Assembly (NCBI RefSeq): GCF_036971445.1
Contig: NC_091478.1
Span: 9,052,001-9,116,000 of the forward strand
DNA from: Narcine bancroftii
Lineage: Eukaryota
DNA length: 64,000 nucleotides
Direction of reading: 5' to 3'
Shown here: positions 10,178 through 22,700 of the stretch, in pieces
How positions within the stretch are numbered: position 1 is the first letter of the stretch
Layout of the letters: each line of letters starts with the position of its first letter
The notes under the pieces: generated by a model
The model's database searches: none
Told to the model about the DNA's origin: nothing
Seen by the model: the letters and a program-made list of their open reading frames with translations, nothing else
Translations under genes and position numbers: made by a program

Positions 10178-13100
10178 TTATCTCTGAGTGTGGGTGCCAT
10201 CTGACTGGATAGGTCTTTTCAGTACTTATTTCCTACAAATTTCCACTGCGTACTCCATTTGCATTGAAAGCACACTACACATCAGATCAGATACTATTTA
10301 ATGTCATGTGATAAAACAGAAATGTCATATTACAAAAAAATTGCCTTTAGTCTGCCATAAGGCAGAGAAAGATTCACCATTAGCATTGCCAGGCGCCCCT
10401 TACAGTCAGAGAAAGAGAAGCAAAAGAAAGTCCCTCTAGAGTCACCAAGTGTCTGTGGATTCGCCTCCAGTGCTCCTGCAGCCGCACAAACTCCAGTTCA
10501 GCTCAAACCCAAGCACAGATCAAACCTTCTGTGCCCAAGGCTCTTCAGGAGCCCTCCTTGACTCAGCATCTTCTTGAATCCTACTTCTGTTAAATGGATC
10601 TCATGAGCCAATCTCCAACAGCCTGCATCCTGGTGTGAATCCTTTGACCTCAAGTCTCCAGCAGCCTGCAGCCTTGTGGGTTCCTTGCCTACAAGTCACC
10701 AATAGCTCACTGCCTTCAGCCATAGAGCCTCTCGCTGGTCCATGACCATGATCTCTGCACTTACTTAGGGTCATCTCTTCTGCTTCTCCTTCTCAACTGG
10801 GATGTTCTCCCTGTTACTCGTGCCCTGTGCCAGTCCACTGTTCCCCCAGAGTCTGCATCTGATGCCGAACACAGGGACTCCCATTTTGGGCCCAAACCTC
10901 ACAGTCATAGGATTTTAAATAAGACTCTGTCAGCTCCTTTAGCAGCCTCTTTTAAAACCTGTACAGTGCCGTCAGCAGTAGGACTAGGCATGAGGAGCCT
11001 GCGGGGGATCAGTGTATATCTGCTCCCTGCCTCTCCCCAGGTCTGCACCAGCAGCACCCCGCCACAGCTTGGACTGGACTTGTTACCTATAACCAATCTC
11101 ATGGTTATATGTTTCTTGATCATTATTCACATTAAACTACTGCAAGATAGAACCACTGAGCATCTGTATAGGAAAAAAAATCATGTTCCAAAAAGGAGTG
11201 GCACAATCGCCCCACAATGTCATAACCAACAGAAAGATTGGTAAGAGACTTGTTACACTCATAGGATTGCACTTTTGTTTTAACCAAAAAACTCTACAAA
11301 TACAAATAGCATATCTAATTCACAGCTAAAACTAAACCTTTCTGAATTTTAAGGGGTGATAAGATGTTTCATAAAGGTTTGCGTCTTTAGTAGCACGAGT
11401 GGGGAAAGCCAGAAAGTTTGGTTTACCAAGAGATTTTTAATGGACTGAACTCTTGTTAAATATTGCCAACTTCATACTGAAACCTTTCTTTACAAGTCAG
11501 TTGCTGGTTGCAAAAGTAAAACCACCCCCAAAGTTCATGAAGCCATCGAGTTTTGTAAATGTTTGTGCCTGAAAGCACATCAGACTGCATTCTGAGCAAT
11601 GAAAAAAATGTGTACCACTTGACAAATCTTTCTTAATGAGAATGATAGTCAGATTCTTTAGCACTATTTATCTTTACTAATTGCAGTTAGTGTGAATTAT
11701 CAATTACAGTTAGAGGTAATTGCCCTTCATACAGAAAGCTTTTTTAGTTCATTGAAAGCCATTAATGTAATGCTACAATTAACAGTCACATTTACATTAA
11801 CAATATATCTCCATTGTTCTAAATTGTAAAGTAATTTCATTTTTCACAGGAGAGCTTCTCATAATTTACTGATGCAATTGAATGAATAAGTAGAGAGACT
11901 GCCATGGGGATAATCAGTGATAATGAATTATCATTTGACCTTGTAAAGGTAATGCACAACACATGCTCTCTTCAGAGAACTACAGATGACATCTGCTGCA
12001 ACTTTGACTTCAGTAAAGTTTGTATTCATACAAGGAACTGAAGGCGGATACACAAAGAAAGGCACCAGGCAATGTATTTTCCCTACTTTTTAAAATCAAA
12101 TTAATAAAACAACAAAAATTCTGATCCAGCAGAAACTTAAAAAATATCACAAATCTTACCACAGTTAAAATGAAACTAATTCAAAAACAAAATATTTTGA
12201 TTGATCATGAGGTGCTTAGTATTCCAACAACATTTACTGCTAAATTCTCTAATTATTTAAGCCATTCAGAAACACTCATCTTCAATTTCTGGGTTGCTGT
12301 CCAACTCTATCAAAAGTGGCTAGAAAGCAATAACAGTTTTTCAGTGGTCTTCACAAAATGAATGATTATATCTGACCAGGGCAATGCAACACATGTTCGT
12401 CAGAATCCCTTTACAGTCTACGTGGGCAAGTTGTGGGACAAAGGAAAGAGAGCCAGAGAGAAATTGGAAATCACAACCTTGTGGGTCTGTTTGAAGTATT
12501 AACATGAAGCAAAATTGTAGCATAGGGATAAAATTCAATTGAATCTACCCAAGAGAAGTTCCCATTGTTGAACTCAATAGATGAGATGTCAATCCAGTTT
12601 ATGAATTATCATGTATGCACCAATGAAAAAGCAACTTCCAGATGCACACTGTAAGCCACTGTAACCTCCACACCTCCAGGTACGAGCACTTCACATGCAA
12701 CAGAAGTCTTGGAAGAAAAATTGTGGATTTAGTGGACCATGGCATGGATAGAATTTCTGGGTTCTAATGTTTCCCGGATCAACTCCTTTCCTTAGGAGAT
12801 GTTTTAATAATGAAGAATGAGAGATGTTAAACAGCAACTCAGGTTATTAGGCCTTCAGCTATGGTTCCAGCTTCATGTCCAATCCTTATGTTGAGATCAC
12901 AAGACAAAGGGACAGAAGCAGGCCACTAGGCCCATCGAGTCTGTTCTGTAAATCTACACTAATGGAAATGCGCTTTCTATGTTGAGGGCAAAATCTTTAG
13001 ATTTAATTTTTCAAAAAAATTTAGACATACGTCATTGTAACAGGCCAATTCAGCCCAACGAGTCCATGCCGTCCAATTTGCACCCCATTAACCTAAACCC

Positions 13101-16100
13101 CAGTAAGTTTTTTGAAGGATGGGAGGAAAAAGGAGCCCCCAGAGAAAACCCAGACAGACACAGGGAGAACGTACAAACTCCTTACAGACAGCATGGGATT
13201 TGAACCCTATAGAGAATTATTCTGCAGAGTTTCCATCCATTGCCCAGCATATAAATATTTACCCGAGTAAAAATCTCACTCAGAGTCACAATTAATGGGA
13301 TAAAAATTGAAATATTTTTATATTGTTGCAAAGGTGTGCATTTTGGAGATGGGGCATGTCCTTGAAGCACAGTTGAGGGAGTTTGGCTATGTTAGACTTG
13401 TCTGAGGGATCACAGAGCTTAATCCTGATACATTCAACCTGAAATGAAAGGTAGTCTGTAAAAACACAATGCTGGAGAAACTCAGCTGGTCAAATGGTGT
13501 ATTTTGTGTAGCAAAGATAAAGATACATAACCAATGGCTTGAGCCTTTCATCAAGGAAAGGAAGTCCATTGGCTTGCATTAATCTTGCATTTTGTTGCAA
13601 TCATAATGGAAAGATAAAATGATATTCTTCGTGCTTTATTATGGCATCCCATGTAGTAGCAAAGGTCTTGTACTTAACACATTCTGTAATTCTCTAGAGT
13701 GATGATGAAATCAGCATTTCAATTTTGCAGGCTACTGTGAGATGGGGGATGTGAAAGAATGCCTCCATTGATGTAATTTATTATTAGCATATGATCTGCC
13801 CATTTATAATGCAATATTTCATAAAGTTAACAATGTGCAAATGATTTCAGAGCTAATTTGGTCAATTCACAATACACAATTCCTTGACATATTTCCAAAG
13901 GGGTCCTTTTCCTTTCTTTTGGCATCTCTGTACATCATCATCCTATCCTTGCGGACAGGATAACTGAGGACACAGAGGCCGTCACAACCACGTTATTCTA
14001 AAAATAAACAAAGTTAGTGCAGAAATAGTTATTGGGAGATGGTCAAATGTGTTGTCTTCACCTGTCTCTATCTTTCCAAGGCTTACACCAAGTTGAAAGA
14101 GTTAGGCAGCCAAAAACCTATCCAAGCCATCTGAAATCATACTCTGTGCAATTTAATAGTTTTTTGAAATGTTGTACAACATGCTTTACAGATCCCGATC
14201 ATTATGTGATATGGTAGACTGTCAGAGGAGTTAAAGTTGGTTGAAGATCAGGAGCTTAGCAACTACCAGGCTGTTTTGAACTGACCTTTACCTCACCCTA
14301 ACAGGTCAACAGTCTGATGATGCCCCACAATGCAATTACTGAGTGTCAGATGTGCAACTCCTTACAAATCACCCAGAATTCTACACATCTGCTGGCTGTC
14401 AGCATCTGCCAGGCTCAGTCATGTGCAAATAATGAAAAGCATTTGTTATTGCCCCAGAACAGGTAAGCATTATGACAATTAATGTACATCCCAAGTGACC
14501 TTGTATAAATCTAAATTCCAATGACCCCTCTAAGCCATGGATATGAGAATGCTGAAAGCAATCTACACCAGCTTGAACTTCATTCATTTGTTTTTCAGTT
14601 GCAAGCTAGAAAAAGGAAAGTGACTCTCAGGTTTTATATTACATAAAAGCAATAACCCTGAACAGTACTAACTCAACAGCACTGCCTAGTATCTCAGAAT
14701 TAATTTAATTACAATTTGCAAGAAAAACTAGACTTGAAATCATACTTTCTGTTGTTTGAAACGCCAGAAACTTTTCCCATTATTAAAGGCAGGCACAGAA
14801 CTTTCACAATATATGGCATGCATTAAATTCATGATGTTGGCTTTGCCTGCATTCAGGTTTAGGCCAAAATAATACCCTGTTTGATAGACTAATTCAGGAA
14901 TGCAGCAGCGTGATTGGGTAGAATTGGGGAAAAGGTCATATAATCAAACAGTGCTCCAATAAAGAGGTGAACTACTGGAAGATGCACATAATTACATCTC
15001 ATTTGACAACAGTTAATTCAAAAACAGAGAGCTAGATATGAAAAAAATGTTAAATTTCTCTTGAACATTTCAAGATAAAATTTCACAATTTGTAAAATAA
15101 AAGCATTTGAGGAATCTCATTTCAAATTGGCAATTTTTGATTTACACAAGCAGTACCTTCAACAGCAATAACTAAAACAGGTTGCATTTATAACTCCTTT
15201 AATACAGGAGAGTATCCCAAGGCATCACTCAGGAGTGTTATCAACCCAAAATTAAGTCTGAGGCACACAAAAAAATGTCGTCAAAGTAGGTTTAAGAAGC
15301 TTCCTAAAGAATAAGGAGGCACAGAGTTTTGGGATAGAATGTCAGAATTTGGCAACTGAAGGCACAGTTGTCAAAGATTGAATGATAAAATTTGGGAGTT
15401 TTGAACAAAATCAACATTCTACAAAGATGGATGCATCAAAATCTAAAATGTTAAGGGTTTACAGATATTGGGAAGGGAGGGATTTGAACACAAGAATTTT
15501 AAAATCAAGCTGTTGCTAAAATGAGAGTCAATGTTGGCCTGCAAGCACAGGGCGTGCTGCATGAACAGGAGTTGTTGTTCATATTGCCCAAGACTAAAAC
15601 TCAGGTGAATAGTTTAGGTTTATGGCAGACATTAGTCTCAGAATATGCTGGAAAAGTTTCCAGCTGTGATGATCACAGGTTAGATTCAATCTGTACCCCA
15701 TTTCCAGTTGTGTTGGAAGTGGACTGGAGACCCTCAAGTTTTAAATACAAAGTGATTTACAATCTAGTTATGCATCATATTAAATCCAATTTTCCCTTGG
15801 CATTACTATTGGAAACTGGAGATTCCACAATTATTTGCACAGCCATTTGCAAATGACCTTCAAGACTAAGCTCTGCAACTGGGCAATATCCATTCTGGCT
15901 TGTCATCCATGCCCTATGAGATGTTATTTGATGTCCTTTGCACTGGCACAGATCCAAAGCATAACAGTCTGGATTTTGACATTTGATTTGATAACAGCCA
16001 ATAAAATCAATTTTCAATTTAAAAAATCAGGTTTGTACTTAATGAGTGAAAAGTGGAGGATTACATTTCTACAATTAATTTCCAAGGAATAGACTTCAAA

Positions 16101-19100
16101 TCCGTCTCCTCCATACTTCATAAGACAAAAGGTTATGTAGATTATAAATTCGCCTTTTGCTAACAGAAATATTTTTGCCATATATTCACAGTTAAGAAAA
16201 AAATTGAATGAGCTAATACTGTTTCAAGCATTGAATTTTGCACACTCTTCACTGGAAATTTCAGGACGACAGTCTGAATATGAAGAAATATTGCTTTGTC
16301 CATGAGTGCAATCCATAGGCTGCCTTCAAAATTGTATCTCCAATGCTGAGAAAGTTCTAATGAAAAACCAGACCATTCAGCCCATTGATTATATCAGAGC
16401 ATATTCATTAGTCCCATTTCCCCATTTATTTCTCTACAACTTATTTGTTTTCACATGCCCGGTATCTTGTTATCTGCTAACACAAGCAGCAATTCACCTT
16501 GCTCATTTGATTTAGAACCTACCTTTGCGACATGGAAGCAAACTAGTGCACTTGGGGGAACTTCATGATCAGTGGGAGAGAGTGCAAACTTCACATAGAC
16601 CACACATTAGAATCAAATGCAGGTCACTGGAACTGGCAAGTAGCAACTCTAATTGTTACAGCACTGCACCCTCTAGCAAAATATATCATTCATAATATAA
16701 AGTAGGATAAATTAAAAAATATACCATTGTTTTATGCACATATTTAGTTTGAAAAAATGTTTTCATACAAAATAAAATGCAACTTTTGGTAAATGCTACA
16801 CAAAACCATTACTGGCTTCATTTGCTTGTGCCTTGTCTGAAGGGGAGAAGTGATTATTGCCTGAAACTCCAGGTGAAATTAGGTTCTCAAAGCAATTTTC
16901 AAATCAAAGTTTACTAGAATTCAATTTATATGTCTGGCTGATGTCTCAAATGTGCAAACGTTTCCATATTTTAACTGTTGGCATCTGAAACAGAAACATC
17001 TCTTTTAAAAGGTACTTTCACTGTCTGTCAAGTGCCATTGGCATTTTGTCCTTCTTTCTTAATGGGGGCGAGGGGGAAAGAGGGTGAGTGGGGTGACTTG
17101 TATCGCCACAGAGCTCTTCCAGTTTGCAAAATTTTGAATGTTTATAACAGACATCATGAGCATTGAACATCTGGATCAAATCCAACATTACCTGGCAAAT
17201 AAGGAGATTAAACTAAAAGAGAAAAAGTGAAATGAAATGCAGTCATAAACATGCATAAAATAAAAAAAATATAGAGAAATTAGAGGAATATGAATTTTAA
17301 TTGAAATGCATTAGACAGTCATCAAAATATGCAGGAATAGCATAGAAAGACCATTCTCAACCTCTTTGTGGCTATGGGCCCTTCAGGACACAGTTCAAAG
17401 TTTATAGGCCCCCCCTGTGAAGAAATCATTTAGTTGGTTTGTTCCATAGTCTTTCCCACCGACTACATAAAACATAAAAACATTTTATGATTTCAGTTCG
17501 TGCTCCCCGTTAAATGCGTTTGGCCCCAGGGTCCATATGGCCCCCATTGAGATCGGCTGCTATAGAGGACAAAAAGAACATTTGGATATACAACTCAGAG
17601 ATAGATCAAATGGCAAGTGAAAATTGGCTTCTAAATGCAATGGTCCTCACTGATGTTGTTCATGGCTCTGTGAGGCACATCTAGGTGGCTGCAACTTGAC
17701 TTCCTAAAGTCCAGAGTGAATGTCAACCAATAAACAAGGATTGAGCATCTGAACCATATGCAAGTGCTCATGGTAATCATAACATTAACATTTGGAAAGA
17801 ATACTTAGCTACTAAAATGACAAAACTTAGATCTTCAGGGAAAGGCATATATAGATTCCTGAATAATGTTTAATATTGATGCAGGGGAAATGTGGTTTAA
17901 CATTTTGAGGTTAAAAAAATGGAATTGAATTGTTGAATGTCAGATGTATCAATGAGTAAAAAGCTTAATTTTGCATGTTTTCCAAGAAAGTCAACTTGTA
18001 TAGAAGGTAGTGTATTAATAAGAAATATATAAAATGTAAGGAGTTGGGTTATGATGAGTCAAATAGAGTATAGAGAAAAGAACAGTTAAAACTGATGCAA
18101 GACCCTCAACATTTGCTAGTGAGAGATCCATTTAACAGTTACATTGTTAAAGTGGACCTGATATTAACAAGCCAATGCAACTATGGTTCAAAACATCATA
18201 CTTTATTATGGCTTTACAAAGCATGAGAACTCCGTTACAGCAGAAGCTCTGCAAAAAGCAGCTAATCCTACTATAAGTGAGTCTGCCTCATGACTCACGG
18301 GTTGCATAGACAGACAGATAAATTTCCAGAACATTCAAACAGACTGCTCCATATAAGTGCATGTTTCTTAGAATTCTCTTGGGATTTGATAATCAAGGTC
18401 ATGCTCCTTACCCAATGGTGAATAGTCTTTCACTGTCTTAGCCAAATATGTTGTTGTTCTTCATATTCAGCTTTTACCTTGCTGAGTTATCAAAACATTC
18501 CATGGCACATTCTCAGCTATACTATTTTGGAAACGACTTTAAAATTTAAATTCTCAACACAGTAAGCATGTAATCATGTTGTCAAAAGGAGGGAAAAGTA
18601 ATGTAAACTAGGGAGCTAGCGAAATGGAAAGAATGATCAATTTTTTAAAATTGGCATTTAAGTTATCAGAAGTACACAAACTACAGAGAACTGGTAGAGC
18701 TCGTTTTTAAAGAATGTGGAATGTTTAGTGTCGAGGAAGGAGGGAGGAATTATAGAATTATGTTAATGAGCTTCTGCTCTCAGAAGCTTGCCTGAATATT
18801 TTCACAAAAAGAAAATCATCCCTGACCTGATTGTGCCAAATATCTGAAGTTCCTAACCTCTCTCTAGAGTTATCGTAATAATGTGTGGAGTTTGAAGGGA
18901 AGCTGACACTGAAGTTTAAAGGAGTAAGAGCTCTTACAATTAAATTGACAACAGCAAATAAAAAGGCACGTCACCATGCATACAGATCATCAGTTCTTTG
19001 ATTTGCTGTCAAACATTTTATTTTTCATTTGAAAAAGGACTGGTAATCTTCAGTTATTTTCACATAGTTATACAAGAAATTCAGAGACACAATTTAAACT

Positions 19101-19495
19101 TATTTGCTAATCAAAAAAACACGTTGAGCTCGTTTATTATTTCCACGGCCATTTAGACATTAATCCTTCTGATAATTAGTGACCCAACGTCTGGCGAGAG
19201 TAAAAAATTAACCATGGAGCAAACCAAGGAGGGATATCAATGTGCATAGCAAAATACATTTTCTTCACAAATGTAAATCTCTAGTGAAGTTGGACATACA
19301 ATGTAAATGTTACAATAATACATATTTTATAAAAATAATTATAAACACCAGAGAATAGATTCATCAAGTACCTATGACCATTTGACTTTATAAGGCATTA
19401 CTCATTCATATAACGGTTAAAGTAAATTCATGTCCTTGATAAACAAATGTTGATTTCACTCTTATTTGGAAAAAGACCAGCTTTAGATTGCTGCA

Positions 19496-19753
19496 TGTTT
19501 ACGCTACGTTATGCAAGCATGGAGAACAACAACATGCACACCAAAGCCTTGGAAAATAAGACTGGTTTATTGCTCTGGCCATCGCTCTTATATAGGCCTC
19601 TGGTGCTGACATCAGTGCCCCACATCCTCAGAGCGCCAATTGGCCAGCGTTCCTGCCATCTTCCCGCCTGGGACAACAGCCAGTTCCCCGCTGTCGCTGC
19701 GTTTGTCGGCCATTTTGCAGGCCAGTTCGTGTCTCCACACGCGGGCTGCTACA
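19496..19753 (-). mobile_element. Probable solo LTR (Gypsy-like) in LHPP intron 1
   Basis: The minus strand reads TGTAGC...CAAAATGGC...CCAAT...TGATGTCAG...TATATAA...AATAAA...CA. The motif order matches the LTR at 62948-63247. No clean TSD. Confidence 0.6.
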
Positions 19754-22700
19754 ATGCCATAACTATGTACAATGTGGTCTTGACTGCTTCTTGTTATTTA
19801 TTTTTTACAAATTAAAATGTAAAGGATGCAAGTTCAAAGAAAAGGGTAGATTCCAATTAACCGTTTTCCTCAAGACCAAATAAAAGCACAAGAGGTTCGA
19901 CGTTAGATTAGGGGGAAAGATTGACAAACAGCATGGAAGAATAAAGAGGTTGATGGAGGTAAACAAGAAAACCGAGTACATAGAGTGCTGGAGGTCACGC
20001 AGCATCCATAGGAAATACAAAGCAGTCAGCAATTTGAGCCCTTTATTAGGATGCCTAAATAGGAAGGTGGGAGGAAGGAATGGGCAGAGCAAAGGTTATA
20101 GTTGGATACAGGGGGGGAGGACCTCCTCCCTCCTGCTTGCTGGCGTGCCCTCCCTCTATTACCCATCTACTACCTCCTGCCTGTGGGACTCTACTCCACC
20201 ACCACTCCCCCCAACCACCTCCATTTTGTTCGGGCACCTGTCTACATTTTTTTCATACTGAACCTTGATGAAGGGCTCAAGCTCAAAACATTCTTTATCT
20301 TTGCTACATTGTTTGACCTGTTGAGTTCCCCAGCATTGTGTTTTTACTTCAACCATGGTGTCTGCACACTTTTGTTTTTTTACCTTGTAGATTGAAGATG
20401 TTGGATCCCATTAATAGAGAAAGAGGAACAAATGATTGAGTCTGAAATTCTTTGCAAAGCTGTTGCAGAACAGGTAACTGGAGCCAAGGCTCACTCTGAG
20501 GACTAAATGGAAATGTTCTGCAAAGAAATCACCAAATCTGTATTTGGTTTTCCAATACAGAGACTACATCATAAATAGGAAATGGAATTCGCAAATATGT
20601 TTAGTCACCTGGAAAGAGACCTTGTTTTCATGGATGTCTTGAAAGATGAAGCAAAAGGATGTGTCTTGCCACAAGAAGAGAAGTGGACATGAGGTCATGT
20701 TCTGGAAGAAGAAGTGATGTATCTGGTATTGGGATTATCTTAAAATTTCAGGAAATTGTACAGAATGATCCATTGAAAGTGAAGGCTGATGGGAAGATGG
20801 TAGTGAATCCGATCCTTGTTCTGAGTAAGTAGCAAGGAAATAAGAGCAGAAGTGGTTGAGAACCTTAATAAATAAGGTGAAGGGTAAAGAAAATTTGAGG
20901 AAAAGACATTTAATGAGCACTTGTGAGGAAGATGACATTGGTCAAAATGTAGAAAAGAGGGGAGGCAGAGTGCGGTAAAATGACTGTTCCACTTCAACAT
21001 CAAAAGATAAAGGGTTTCTGTGAGAAATGCTTTCATGTGATTAAAATTTTTGCACGTATATGTTGAAAACTAATTCTATAGTACAAACTGAAACTTACCT
21101 AACCCCACTGTACCATTTCATTATTCCTTCAGATGTTTTATCTATCATGTAGCACAACTCAAAATATTTGCCTTTTCACCAATATTGTAAAAGGCCTTTA
21201 GTCGTGAAATTAGTGAATTTTCCACACAATTATTGAAAATATTCCTATGCAAATGATGTTTTCTTGAGGTCTGTTAGTATGAATCTCTGAAGTTGCTTGT
21301 CTATTTTCAGTCACACCTTGAAGGCCCGAAAGGTCGGTAAAATATCTTTATCTCCTATGGACGCTGTAAGACCGGCTGAGTTCCTCCAGCATTTCTGAGT
21401 CTCTGAAGTTGATTACAGGAAAGGAATATCATTTGAATTTAGTGGTTTATGGTCAGCATTGGCTAAATGGAACTGAAGCACATACATTCATCTTTTCTTA
21501 CCAGTGAGAATGTTTTCGACTTGGCAGATAATTAACAAATGTGGGGCTCCCTGGCGGTAGATTGCTTTATGGGTGTATTTGTAGAACCAGCAAACCCCTT
21601 GCTGGTTTTCCTGTGATCTTGGCACTATTATGGCTCTGCAGGGTTTTGTCTGGCCACATATTGGCCAGCTGTTCCTATTGCCTTCTTGTGGCTAGGACTT
21701 TCTGGTCTTTTGTTAATATCCCATGTTCCTTATTTAAAGTTCTGCTAACAGATGCACTATACAAAATCAACAACAGGATGTTGTAAAACTCTGACATTTC
21801 TTTGCTTTTCATATGGAACTGCTCTCAGTGGGCAAGCAATGAGGATACAACTGTAAAGTATTGGTAAACCAAACCACAACTGAATAGGGGTTTCAGACCT
21901 ATCACCTTTGACAAAGTCATAACTCATTACAGTATCCTGCTGTTTATGTAAAATATATACTCTTCTATCTAAACCCTATTGTTTCCCTTTTGTTCATTTC
22001 TCTGACTACTATATTATGTACTTTAATTGGTTGAGATAGAGATTTACATCTAAATGATAAATAAAATAAATATTTTAAAAGAAAATAAAAACTAATAGAA
22101 GAAAGCAAGGCAATTGGATTAGTTTTAGTTAACTAGAAAAAAGGAAGCATAAATGCAAGCATGTTTTGTGCTGTTTAAATTTACTCTGAGAGAGTCACAA
22201 CACTGTTTAGCTATTGCCATTTAGAGAAAAAAGAAATAAAAAATTTACATAATATTTCTACAGCTCATCTTACATGTTGAAATGTATCTCAGAGTACAAA
22301 ATAGCAAAAACTTGGCACTGAGGGTGGTGTAGAAACTGGATTATATAAAACAATTTTGTTCAGCTCTACTCAATGCAGAAGTAGATTTCTTCTGGATGGA
22401 ATCATGGAATGTGGTTCTGGGCACTTCTGGGTGTAGTCCTCATTAGCATGCCCAAGGATTTTCTGGGTTAGGTCTTGCATGTAATAACCTGAATCATCAT
22501 ATCAGAGCTCTAAACTCTAACAAGTTTAAGAATTCACATTTCTGCATTGGTTTAAAGTGAGTGGCGAGTTGTCCAAGGTACCACAAGTCTTTCACTCAGA
22601 GCGGTGGGTGCCTGGAACGCAGTGCTGGGGTGATGGTGGAGGCTGGTATAATATGGACACTCAAAAGACTCTTAAATAGCCACATGAATGTTAAAAAAAA

